64,000 nucleotides of DNA, from assembly GCA_964354975.1 (NCBI GenBank), contig CAYHBS010000003.1:4086-68085 (forward strand), written 5' to 3'. Origin of the DNA: an uncultured Candidatus Saccharibacteria bacterium. Lineage in GTDB: Bacteria; Patescibacteriota; Minisyncoccia; Ryanbacterales; HO2-45-13. Shown in pieces: positions 55,572-64,000 of the stretch; the first letter of the stretch is position 1; each line of letters begins with the position of its first letter. Below the pieces are notes generated by a model. That model had not been told where the DNA came from, made no database searches, and was given only the letters and a program-made list of their open reading frames with translations. The translations under genes and the position numbers were made by a program.

Positions 55572-56648
55572 TTACAGCGTCGATATTACATCCCGTAGTG
55601 CCCTCGCAAAATGTTCCCATGAGAAATTCTGCACGCGCGCCTTCCCAGATTTCACCAGACTCATTCTCAACTGAGTATCAGTAAGTAACGAGCGCATACC
55701 TGATGCGATCGACGCAACATCAAGCGGATCCACAAGTACCGCGCTACCTTCGGCTACTTCTTTGAGCGCTCCAACTGAGGATGTAAGTACCGGCACACCA
55801 AGTGACATCGCCTCCAAAATAGGAAAACCAAACCCTTCCACAAAACTTGGATACGCAAGCATCGTTGCATTGCGGTAAAGCAGTCCGAGCTCCTCATCTC
55901 CCACCTGTCCAAGAAACTGTATTTTATCAGCGATGCCGAGGGATTGCGCTATGTTCTTACATTTCTCAGCGTATGTTCCGCCGCCGTGCCCAACTAAAAG
56001 GAGCGAGAGCTCAGGAAATTCTTTAGCGATGCGGGCATACCCCTGAATAATTCCGTGTACATTTTTTCTCTCCTTCAACGCGCCAACGAAAAGAATGTAA
56101 GGACTGCGCGTAAGCGCGTGCGTCCCCACGCTAATAGAGGGCTCGGTGTATCCTGGATAAATCACTGATATTTCGCTGGTTGGTCGAATCCCCAGACGAA
56201 TAATTTCATCTTTTGTCGCGCGCGAAATTGCAATCACGCGGTCGGCTTTCCGTATGGAACGCTGATGCACAAAATGGAGCATCGTGCGCACAAAAGTATT
56301 TTTGAATCCATGTGCTGGCATTGTCTGATAACTGAAGTCCAACACAAATACAATGTTTTTTTTGCGAGCATATACTATCGGCATCACCGGAGTCCAATAA
56401 ATATAGCAATCTGCTTGAGGTGATCTGCGTAACGTACGATCTACCCAGAGCCAATCATAATTAAATGAAATAAATTGACATTGATGAGAAGGATACCGTG
56501 CGACATCAGCAATAGGACGTTTCGAATAGATTACAAATGAGTGTTCGGGCGACGCGTTAATTAGCGCATGCGTCGCCGCGCGCACAAACCGCTCAAGCCC
56601 AGCGGGATGTGCTTCTCCGTATGGATGTACGATAATTCCAATGGTCAT
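55572..56648 (-). CDS. glycosyltransferase family 4
   Basis: GFGFPILEAMSLGVPVLTSSVGALKEV. Confidence 0.75.
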   Translation of the reverse strand: MTIGIIVHPYGEAHPAGLERFVRAATHALINASPEHSFVIYSKRPIADVARYPSHQCQFISFNYDWLWVDRTLRRSPQADCYIYWTPVMPIVYARKKNIVFVLDFSYQTMPAHGFKNTFVRTMLHFVHQRSIRKADRVIAISRATKDEIIRLGIRPTSEISVIYPGYTEPSISVGTHALTRSPYILFVGALKERKNVHGIIQGYARIAKEFPELSLLLVGHGGGTYAEKCKNIAQSLGIADKIQFLGQVGDEELGLLYRNATMLAYPSFVEGFGFPILEAMSLGVPVLTSSVGALKEVAEGSAVLVDPLDVASIASGMRSLLTDTQLRMSLVKSGKARVQNFSWEHFARALRDVISTL

Positions 56649-57790
56649 GCGTGCTCAATAAAATTTCTAACGTGTAGTGCGCGATCACTCCAGGTAAATG
56701 TCGTGGCACGTCGGTATGCAGACATAATGAGTTGATTACGTTCATCGGTAGACAAAGATTGTGCATGAAGAAGTTTTTTTACAAGATCCGCAGTGTCGTC
56801 GGGGGCATAGAGAAGCACGTCCGATTCTCCTACAATTTCTTTTACCGCAGGAGTGCCACTCGCGACGATAATGCGTTTCGCTGCCATATATTCGAATAAT
56901 TTCATGGGCGATGTGTAGTGATAAGAATATGTATTTTTTTTCGTTCCCAAAAGCAACAACGTGTCAGCGGCGGCAAGCCACATTGGCACGTCGGCATATG
57001 CCACCTGTCCCATGCAATGGATATTCTTTGGCAACGTTTCTTCTGTGATGCGTTGTAGTTCATCGAAGGTACCCCCAATGATATAGATATCGGCTCTACT
57101 CCCAAGTGAGCGCGCTGCCGACAGTAAAATATCAAGCCCCTTCCAAAGATAAAACTTCCCGCTGTAGAGCACGAGATAAGCATCCACAGGAATGCCGAGT
57201 GACTCCCGCGCAACTTCAGCGGAAATATCGTTCCGAATCCAAGATAAATCAATGCCGTTTGGGTGCACAATAATACGATCTGAGGATAACCCAAACTCCT
57301 CCATTAACACCTGCTTAATGGGCTGATTGATGGTAACGACACCGCGTACAAATCGAAACAACCATCGATACATCAAGGACCGTTTCTTTGCATCGTGAAT
57401 TTCAACAAAAAATGTGGTCCGCAACAATGGTACGCCCGCAAAGGAAAATTGATCCATGTCTATCGTATACACCACGAAACGCTCACCGCGAAGTTTTTTT
57501 CGCAATAAATACCATACGTATGCAACCATAAACGAGGATGATCCTACTAAAAATCCAATGCGCCCACGTGTATACAAATCCCACACACGAAGAGACACAA
57601 CCGACACATCTATGGATAGCCCATAGTAGGCGCGCCAAGATTCTTGGATAGCATTTTTCCTCCGTGGAATGATCACGGTGACGTCCATGCCAGATGCTCG
57701 CATTGCTTCATACATTTTTGCAACTTGAATACCATGCGCACGCTCGGTGGGCATACGTGCATTGAGAATGTAATACACTTTTACGCTCAT
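56645..57790 (-). CDS. glycosyltransferase family 4
   Basis: MKLFEYMAAKRIIVASGTPAVKEIV. Confidence 0.7.
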   Translation of the reverse strand: MSVKVYYILNARMPTERAHGIQVAKMYEAMRASGMDVTVIIPRRKNAIQESWRAYYGLSIDVSVVSLRVWDLYTRGRIGFLVGSSSFMVAYVWYLLRKKLRGERFVVYTIDMDQFSFAGVPLLRTTFFVEIHDAKKRSLMYRWLFRFVRGVVTINQPIKQVLMEEFGLSSDRIIVHPNGIDLSWIRNDISAEVARESLGIPVDAYLVLYSGKFYLWKGLDILLSAARSLGSRADIYIIGGTFDELQRITEETLPKNIHCMGQVAYADVPMWLAAADTLLLLGTKKNTYSYHYTSPMKLFEYMAAKRIIVASGTPAVKEIVGESDVLLYAPDDTADLVKKLLHAQSLSTDERNQLIMSAYRRATTFTWSDRALHVRNFIEHA

Positions 57791-58863
57791 GCGTTTTCTA
57801 GTTGCTCCAACTGTAATCGTATCTTGCGCACAAACTGATCAATACTGTGATCTCTCACTGCAATTGCGCGCAGCGCTTCACCTACCTTGTTACGCTCGTT
57901 GCTGTCCATATCCATAACACGTATCATTGCGGCCGTACACTCTGTGAGATTCCCAGGGCTAAACATATATGAGCCGAAGGAACCACCAACTATTTCCGAG
58001 AAGCTTTGATTGGAGGTAATCACTGGAAGACCCGATGCCATCGCCTCTACCATGGTTTTATCAAGACTTCCCGTAGCGCCAGCATTGATAAAACACTGTG
58101 CTGCGTTGAGATATGGAGGTAATAATCTATTTGGCACAGAGCCATACATACGCACTGCATCAGTGAGCTTCAGCGCGTCAATCTGCTGACGAACGCGATG
58201 AAGGTATTTAACATCCGAGGAAGTGGCTGCACTACCAATAATATCGAGCGCACAATGTCTCCCCTTTTTATTAAGCAGATGTGTTGCTTCAATCAGTAAT
58301 GAAACATTTTTTATTGGAGAGATTCTTCCAACATATATGAAGCGAAATATTCCTTGCGTGGCGTGCGTCGTGGCAGTATATGAGGGAGTAAACAGCGACG
58401 TGTCAATTCCCTGTCCTATAACTCGAATGCGCGGGTGCGCGATACGAAATCCGCTGGGCGTTGAGGTGAGTACAAGATCTGCAAACCAAGCAGCTACTCG
58501 TAATTTTGTATTCACTGTTCCATGCGCATACCAAAGTACAATGTATTTCTTATATAATTTCCATAACCACCCAGCGACTACAATATATTCTGGATTCATA
58601 TGTACAAGCACAGCGTCATACACATGTCGTTGCGTGTGCACGTAGTACAGTAAACGAAATATATAGACGATGCGTGATCCTCCACGTTCTTTTCCCAGCG
58701 AATGAACGTGAATATTTTGTTCTTTCCAGCCACTTTGACCTTGCGCTAAACAGATAACGCGCACCTCACTGAACTCGTGACTAAGCCCACGAATCCACTC
58801 ATGCGCGAAACCAAGCACATCGTCGTTCTGATCAACTTTTTGTGTAATCACTAATAGTTTCAT
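57787..58863 (-). CDS. glycosyltransferase family 4
   Basis: KTMVEAMASGLPVITSNQSFSEIV. Confidence 0.75.
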   Translation of the reverse strand: MKLLVITQKVDQNDDVLGFAHEWIRGLSHEFSEVRVICLAQGQSGWKEQNIHVHSLGKERGGSRIVYIFRLLYYVHTQRHVYDAVLVHMNPEYIVVAGWLWKLYKKYIVLWYAHGTVNTKLRVAAWFADLVLTSTPSGFRIAHPRIRVIGQGIDTSLFTPSYTATTHATQGIFRFIYVGRISPIKNVSLLIEATHLLNKKGRHCALDIIGSAATSSDVKYLHRVRQQIDALKLTDAVRMYGSVPNRLLPPYLNAAQCFINAGATGSLDKTMVEAMASGLPVITSNQSFSEIVGGSFGSYMFSPGNLTECTAAMIRVMDMDSNERNKVGEALRAIAVRDHSIDQFVRKIRLQLEQLENA

Positions 58864-59840
58864 GCCGCGTATTTTAAAATTGCTTTCGCAACTGCGTGTG
58901 GATACAGATCAACCACATCGGCGCCTACTTCATACGCAACTCCAACGTCTGTTGAAATTACCGGTATGCCCGCGGTTCGCGCCTCCACAAGCGTTCTTCC
59001 ATATCCCTCATAGAGTGACGTATTGAGAAATACATCTGCGGTCTTGTAGTATGACGCAAGATCATCCGTCCATGGTTCAAATATCACTGCCTTAGAAATA
59101 CCAAGCGACCGTACCACGTTAAGTAATCGTTTTTTTTCATCACCATCCCCCACAACGACCAATCCAGCTTCCAGCACACTCTTGCGCGCAAGCGCAAAAG
59201 CGCGCAGAGCAAGTTCAATATTTTTTTCGCGCGTGAGGCGCGAAGCCATAAGTACAATATGGGAAAACATGGGGTATTTTTTGTGCAAATCCGTGAGGAT
59301 AGGAGCGTTCTTGATGGCCTCAGTGTCAACAAACACGGGACGCACTTCAATGCGGCCTTGGGAAATATTCCAACACTCCACAAGAAATGTGCGAATACGA
59401 TCCGAAACAACGCGAATGTGCTCCGCTCGCGGAAGAAGATATTTTGCAATAATAAAACGAACGCGATTGAGTAATGATTCTGCGCGAAAATATCGACTCC
59501 CAATGTCTGTGTGGATCTGTAGTTCAAGGTTAGCGCCAACGCGTTTCGCCAATCGGTACCCTGCAAGACCACATTCAAAGGGATCTTGTGCAGTCACGGA
59601 GTCAGGAATCGGCAACTTTTTCCCAATGCGTATGGCATCAAACACATAGAACCACCGTGAGATGGAGTTTGTTGGATATACCGAAATATTTTCATTAATT
59701 TTCTTTACTGAAAATCCTTTTTTTGTAAATACAATAATGTTGAGCGAATCAAACCGAGACGCATACTCAATTTGGCGCCGCGCTACGTCGCTCCCTTGTA
59801 TAAATATGTTTCTATCCGTGCTGATACTGGTGACGTTCAT
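58860..59840 (-). CDS. glycosyltransferase family 4
   Basis: GYGRTLVEARTAGIPVISTDVGVAYEV. The start is placed at MNVTSIS (ATG 59840, 4-nt overlap with the upstream stop). Confidence 0.7.
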   Translation of the reverse strand: MNVTSISTDRNIFIQGSDVARRQIEYASRFDSLNIIVFTKKGFSVKKINENISVYPTNSISRWFYVFDAIRIGKKLPIPDSVTAQDPFECGLAGYRLAKRVGANLELQIHTDIGSRYFRAESLLNRVRFIIAKYLLPRAEHIRVVSDRIRTFLVECWNISQGRIEVRPVFVDTEAIKNAPILTDLHKKYPMFSHIVLMASRLTREKNIELALRAFALARKSVLEAGLVVVGDGDEKKRLLNVVRSLGISKAVIFEPWTDDLASYYKTADVFLNTSLYEGYGRTLVEARTAGIPVISTDVGVAYEVGADVVDLYPHAVAKAILKYAA

Positions 59841-59842
59841 AG

Positions 59843-60838
59843 CTACGTTAGTGCGAGAAATTCTTGTGCAATCTTTTTCCAACTATGCACCTTGTAGAAA
59901 TTATGTATTTTTATTTGTGCTTCTCGGTAATGGGCTCCGTCCGAAAGCCATATAATTTTTTCCGCAATATCTTTTTCTGATGTAGGATCTACAAACACAC
60001 CAACGTCTTTTAAGATTTCATACAGTCCTGTTTCGCGCGTAAGAATAAATGGCTTTCCAAGACGCACGGCGTCTAAAATTATGTTGGGACTAATATCACC
60101 AAGCGACACTAAAACAACCGCGTAGCACGTCCGCATTTTTTCTATAAACTGTTCATACGAGGCATGGGTGATGTCGAGCGTTATCTCTGGGCACGTCTGT
60201 TTTGCAAGCGCAAAGCTTTTCTTTAGCTGCGCTACATTCTTCCATTTAAGATCCCGCACTCCGCCGATATATGTTTTACTGGTAAAGTCTCCTGCGTGTT
60301 CTTTTTCTCCATAAAAATTTTCTATGATAGCGGTTTTTACTTGAGCGAGAGCGTACGGGCCCAACCAAATACTTCGCTGCCACTCCGTGCTAAATACCAC
60401 AATATTGACAGCATGGAGTAGCCACCGTGTTAGTCGAAACACTACCCGCTCTTTGAGATTCCAACGCGAAGTATTTCCTGCATAAAAATTTAGAAGTAGC
60501 GCCATATCCCCCGTGCGCTCCACATAACTTTCCCACAAAAAATCCCCTCCGGTGCGAATAATCATTTTTTTTCTCAGCAGCTTCCCTGCAAGAACCGTCG
60601 GTAGTGCTACGCTGAATGTGTCGAGAATGATACACACGTCTGACCGGAACAATGCAACGCTTGCGCGAAGTAAGTACATAATATGCCGCACACCGGTAGG
60701 TAAATACAGCACACTGCTAAAACTTAAGACGCGTACCTCATGTCCTAATTGAGAAAATTCCTTCTCCAGATTCACTGCGTATTGTGCGGGGCCTCCAATA
60801 TCCGGAGGAAATAGCGGTGTTGCAATAAATATCCTCAT
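59843..60838 (-). CDS. glycosyltransferase family 4-like
   Basis: MRIFIATPLFPPDIGGPAQYAVNL N-domain; ILDAVRLGKPFILTRETGLYEIL C-domain. Confidence 0.65.
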   Translation of the reverse strand: MRIFIATPLFPPDIGGPAQYAVNLEKEFSQLGHEVRVLSFSSVLYLPTGVRHIMYLLRASVALFRSDVCIILDTFSVALPTVLAGKLLRKKMIIRTGGDFLWESYVERTGDMALLLNFYAGNTSRWNLKERVVFRLTRWLLHAVNIVVFSTEWQRSIWLGPYALAQVKTAIIENFYGEKEHAGDFTSKTYIGGVRDLKWKNVAQLKKSFALAKQTCPEITLDITHASYEQFIEKMRTCYAVVLVSLGDISPNIILDAVRLGKPFILTRETGLYEILKDVGVFVDPTSEKDIAEKIIWLSDGAHYREAQIKIHNFYKVHSWKKIAQEFLALT

Positions 60839-61959
60839 ATGTGAGATGCCTGCAATACTGCACTAATTTTCTGTGCTATGGAATCCCACGCGTACCGATC
60901 TCGGACCAACAACATCGAATTCGCAATAAATTGTTTTCCCTGCTCTTTTTGTCTGATCGTAGATACTGCGCGTATCACAGCCGCGGTATCGTCAGGCATA
61001 ACCGAAATGCCGGTATCTCCATCTTTTAGAAAGTCCGGAATACCGCCAACGCGCGTAGCGATTATAGGAAGTCCAGCAGCCATGGCTTCAAGAAATGCAG
61101 TGCCCAGACCCTCGGATTTTGATAAACGGATAAACGCATCAGAAGCATGAAGATAGGGCGGCACTTCTTCAAGCGGAACGGATCCCACAAAAATAACGCG
61201 GTCGGATACACCAAGTGATTTTGAAAGTGTAATAAGCGACGCGCGGAGTGGTCCCTCCCCCACCATCATAAATCCGACATCAGGCATTCCTGGGAGCGCG
61301 CGAATCACATCGGCAAGTCCGTTTTTTTCAACGAGGCGTGAAACGGATACTAGTACGAATGAAAAGCGTGACAGCGCGTATTGGCGTTGAATTTCTGCAA
61401 TGCGCGCAACATTGCGACGTGAAAATAATGCAACATCTACGCCATTTGGAATAATGTGGATTTCTTTTTGGTATCCAAAATGACGCGCAAGATCCGCAAG
61501 ATAATTACTAATTGCGTGTACCTCATTTGCAACCGACAGAAGTCTCTTCCACCACAATGGCACGAGACCAAATTTTCTCCCCTCAATCACGTCCCCTTCC
61601 TGCAACGTAAGAATGAGTCGAAGGTCGGGGTTCTTGCGTTTCAAATAGTACCCTGCAATAGATGCGTAGGAAACCATGACACACCACAGGGAAGTCTCGG
61701 GACGCAGGAGGCGCTTCCCTGCTCGGTACGCAAGCACCGGGAGTAGATATTTATCAACGGCACTTCCAATGCCAAGTCTGTGAATCACAATATTGCCCTG
61801 CACTTCGTACGCGGGAAGGTTCCTATAAAACCGCGCGGTCAGCACCGTAAACTGTACGTCGGGAATACGACGCATCACTTCGCGCGCGGCAAGTTCAGCC
61901 CCTCCAATAAAGGGGTCATATGCGGTCGTCAGTACAATTACATCTCGTTGAGGAGTCAT
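60835..61959 (-). CDS. glycosyltransferase family 4
   Basis: GLGTAFLEAMAAGLPIIATRVGGIPDFL. The start is placed at MTPQRDV. Confidence 0.75.
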   Translation of the reverse strand: MTPQRDVIVLTTAYDPFIGGAELAAREVMRRIPDVQFTVLTARFYRNLPAYEVQGNIVIHRLGIGSAVDKYLLPVLAYRAGKRLLRPETSLWCVMVSYASIAGYYLKRKNPDLRLILTLQEGDVIEGRKFGLVPLWWKRLLSVANEVHAISNYLADLARHFGYQKEIHIIPNGVDVALFSRRNVARIAEIQRQYALSRFSFVLVSVSRLVEKNGLADVIRALPGMPDVGFMMVGEGPLRASLITLSKSLGVSDRVIFVGSVPLEEVPPYLHASDAFIRLSKSEGLGTAFLEAMAAGLPIIATRVGGIPDFLKDGDTGISVMPDDTAAVIRAVSTIRQKEQGKQFIANSMLLVRDRYAWDSIAQKISAVLQASHI

Positions 61960-61985
61960 TAGAAATACTATATTATAGTGGCACA

Positions 61986-63179
61986 ATGTCGGAAAAAATC
62001 CGAATACTCTACGTCAGCACTAAATCCGTCTGGGGCGGCGCACAAAAATATGTCTACGACCTCGCAACCGGCCTTGATCGATCCAAATTTGATGTGGCGG
62101 TTGCCGCGGGCGGAGACGGAGCGCTGAAAACACGCCTCGATGCGGCAGGGGTTCGCTTTATTTCAATCCCCCACATTGCCAGGGACGTGAATATCACCGA
62201 TGAATGGAACGCTTTTTGGGCGCTCCGACGCGTGATCCGTACCGAACGGCCGGATATTATTCATTTTAATGGTTCCAAGGCTGGAACTATGGGTGCTTTT
62301 GCCGCTAAATTGGGCGCAAGACATGCAAAACTCGTATACAGCACACATGGCATTCCGGTGCTAGAAGAACGCCCAAAATGGCAAAAAAGGCTCATTTTAT
62401 ATAGTCTCCGCTCCGCTGGGCTCCTTCTTGACTCGGTGGTTGCCATATCACGCAAAGACTACCAGACCACACTGAACGCGGGTATTGCAACACCGAAACA
62501 ACTCATCTTTATCCCTATTAGTATTCAGCCCCGTGACTACACATTCCTTCCAAAAAAGACTGCGCGAGAAGAGCTCGCTCGCCGCGCGGGACTTGCCCAC
62601 AGTGCGTTTGTCGGAAAATTCTTGTTTGGATGTATCGGCGAGTTTGTTGCCAATAAAAATCAGATTGATCTCATCCGCGCGGTGGCGGGGATTGTTGAAA
62701 AAAATCCCGCAGAGCGCCAACGTGTGCGACTGGTACTGATTGGTTGGGGCGATACCGAAGATGTACTCCTTAATGAAATCCGTCTGCTCCAGCTCACTGA
62801 CATCGCGCATGTACTCGCAAGCACCAATACCGACGCGCGATACATGAAAGCATTTGATACGTTCGTGCTTTCGTCAATGAAAGAAGGACTGCCGTATGTG
62901 CTCCTGGAGGCGGCACTCGCGAAAGTACCCATGATCGCCACCGCAGTGGGAGGGTCCCCGGAAGTGGTGATTCATCGAGATACTGGATCTCTCGTTCCCG
63001 CGCATAACGTGCCACGCCTAGTTGAAACCATGCAAACGTTTCTGCGCGACGAAAAATTACGGGACGCCTACGGGGAGCGCGCGTTTCAACATGTCCATCG
63101 CGCGTTTTCATTCCATATCATGCGCCAAACCACAGAGCGCCTATACACTACGCTTGCGCGCCCACCCGCAACTTCCTAG
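61986..63179 (+). CDS. glycosyltransferase family 4 (divergent from the array)
   Basis: [27 protein letters not shown]-domain; [30 protein letters not shown]-domain. Confidence 0.75.
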   Translation: MSEKIRILYVSTKSVWGGAQKYVYDLATGLDRSKFDVAVAAGGDGALKTRLDAAGVRFISIPHIARDVNITDEWNAFWALRRVIRTERPDIIHFNGSKAGTMGAFAAKLGARHAKLVYSTHGIPVLEERPKWQKRLILYSLRSAGLLLDSVVAISRKDYQTTLNAGIATPKQLIFIPISIQPRDYTFLPKKTAREELARRAGLAHSAFVGKFLFGCIGEFVANKNQIDLIRAVAGIVEKNPAERQRVRLVLIGWGDTEDVLLNEIRLLQLTDIAHVLASTNTDARYMKAFDTFVLSSMKEGLPYVLLEAALAKVPMIATAVGGSPEVVIHRDTGSLVPAHNVPRLVETMQTFLRDEKLRDAYGERAFQHVHRAFSFHIMRQTTERLYTTLARPPATS

Positions 63180-64000
63180 TACGAACACGGTACAATAGTG
63201 TCCCCAGTAACAATCCCCCGAGCACGCTTGCAACGAGCCACACATATTCTTTCTTGATTCCAAACAGCGCATTCGCTGTTTGTACCTCACTGCGTGCCTC
63301 CGAATTTATACTACTGGGAACTGATGTCGTGCCCAGGCGCTCAATCGTTGTCTCTACCGTTCGCGCCGCGGCGGACGCCACGTTCGTCACTTTCGTTACT
63401 ACACTTGCTGACTTTGTCGCGGCGGATGCCGACGCAGTCATTGATGTGCCGACCGGAGAGTGCGTACCTGGGGTTGGCACACCAAATACTATTGCGTCTC
63501 CTGAACGTGCGGCACTCGAACCGGTGGGAATCAGTGCGATTGAAGAAAATTGATCCGCAGAAGCACCATTTGCAAGCTGAAGTTGCACCGTTGGCGACGC
63601 CGCGGGAATGACAAGTTTTGTGGAAGACGCGGGAAATACAACCGCAGATGACGGCGCAATGATGGTGCCTGCGGGAAACATAAATGACATGTTCCCCACA
63701 GAAAGTATCCAGCGAGAAATATTGAGTGTGGTATTTGAAAAATTTGAAACTTCAACCCATCCCTGTACTCCCGGTAGTACCTCGGTAATGCGCGCATTCG
63801 CTGCACTCACCGTGATACGAAGATAATCAGAGAGTGCCTGCTTGTCGTACGGAACCGTAAGCGAAATAGTGTATGTTCCGGGATACTGATAGATATGTTC
63901 CACTCTACTCCCATTGCCCGTTGTACCATCACCAAAGTTCCATACATATTGCGAGGAGTTTAGTGTCACTCCCTCACCCTTGGGCGAAAGTAATGATCCA
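63148..64000 (-). CDS. PKD-domain cell-surface protein with C-terminal TM anchor (N-terminus beyond right edge)
   Basis: [30 protein letters not shown] is a PKD signature. Ser/Thr/Ala-rich linker and C-terminal TM helix [17 protein letters not shown] followed by RVRTRK. The frame is open upstream to the window end. Confidence 0.6.
   Translation of the reverse strand, partial: GSLLSPKGEGVTLNSSQYVWNFGDGTTGNGSRVEHIYQYPGTYTISLTVPYDKQALSDYLRITVSAANARITEVLPGVQGWVEVSNFSNTTLNISRWILSVGNMSFMFPAGTIIAPSSAVVFPASSTKLVIPAASPTVQLQLANGASADQFSSIALIPTGSSAARSGDAIVFGVPTPGTHSPVGTSMTASASAATKSASVVTKVTNVASAAARTVETTIERLGTTSVPSSINSEARSEVQTANALFGIKKEYVWLVASVLGGLLLGTLLYRVRTRKLRVGAQA

Noticed and set aside
59084-59649. 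Overlapping 164-aa (minus) and 155-aa (plus) ORFs within the GT4 gene 58860..59840
   Set aside because: They are alternative frames of a well-supported GT4 gene, Arg/Ser-rich and with no features.
1-64000. Search for CRISPR arrays, tRNA/rRNA genes, and transposase/integrase genes
   Set aside because: No regularly spaced direct repeats were seen. No convincing cloverleaf with a GTTCGAATC-type T-loop was found in any intergenic region inspected (4911..5125, 5993..6221, 10390..10586, 16043..16383 and smaller gaps). No DDE/tyrosine-recombinase motifs were found among the ORFs. An exhaustive scan by eye is not possible, so a tRNAscan/Infernal run would settle it.

Overview
This window appears to come from a small-genome bacterium. 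The gene content (rsmI, mutY, alaX, pgeF, secA, hpf, murB, many minimal single-domain proteins, and extreme glycosyltransferase density) fits a Patescibacteria/CPR-like organism; this assignment is an inference from gene content only. From ~0 to 16 kb there are housekeeping genes, almost all on the minus strand and often translationally coupled (ATGA-type overlaps). This stretch also carries several Rho-independent terminators, a 33-nt motif repeated at the 3' ends of three consecutive genes, and a duplicated terminator element. From ~16.4 to 63.2 kb there is one nearly uninterrupted, minus-strand, translationally coupled ~47-kb glycan-biosynthesis locus. It encodes a Wzy/O-antigen-ligase-like membrane protein with TPR repeats, an initiating polyprenyl-phosphate phosphoglycosyl transferase, and a Wzx-type flippase. 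It also encodes three NeuB-like nonulosonic-acid (NulO) synthases (one fused to a cupin domain), three CMP-NulO synthetases and two hydrolysing UDP-GlcNAc 2-epimerases. A UDP-sulfoquinovose synthase (SQD1/SqdB-like, very high similarity to my recollection of SQD1) is embedded in the NulO region. A branched/amino 6-deoxyhexose module is present (DegT aminotransferase, RmlC-like, RmlD-like, NDP-hexose C-methyltransferase, two SDR dehydratase/epimerases). Six SAM methyltransferases, a GT2 + GT-C pair, ten GT4 glycosyltransferases and four paralogous TagF-like GT-B proteins (candidate CMP-sugar transferases) complete the locus. The locus is flanked by large secreted surface proteins, one with a carbohydrate-binding module and one PKD-domain protein running off the right edge. 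No rRNA, tRNA, CRISPR array, transposase or integrase was recognised. Start codons in the ORF track include alternative starts translated as M, so several 5' ends were adjusted to the first plausible ATG preceded by a Shine-Dalgarno-like sequence. All homology statements rest on motif recognition by eye, not database searches.
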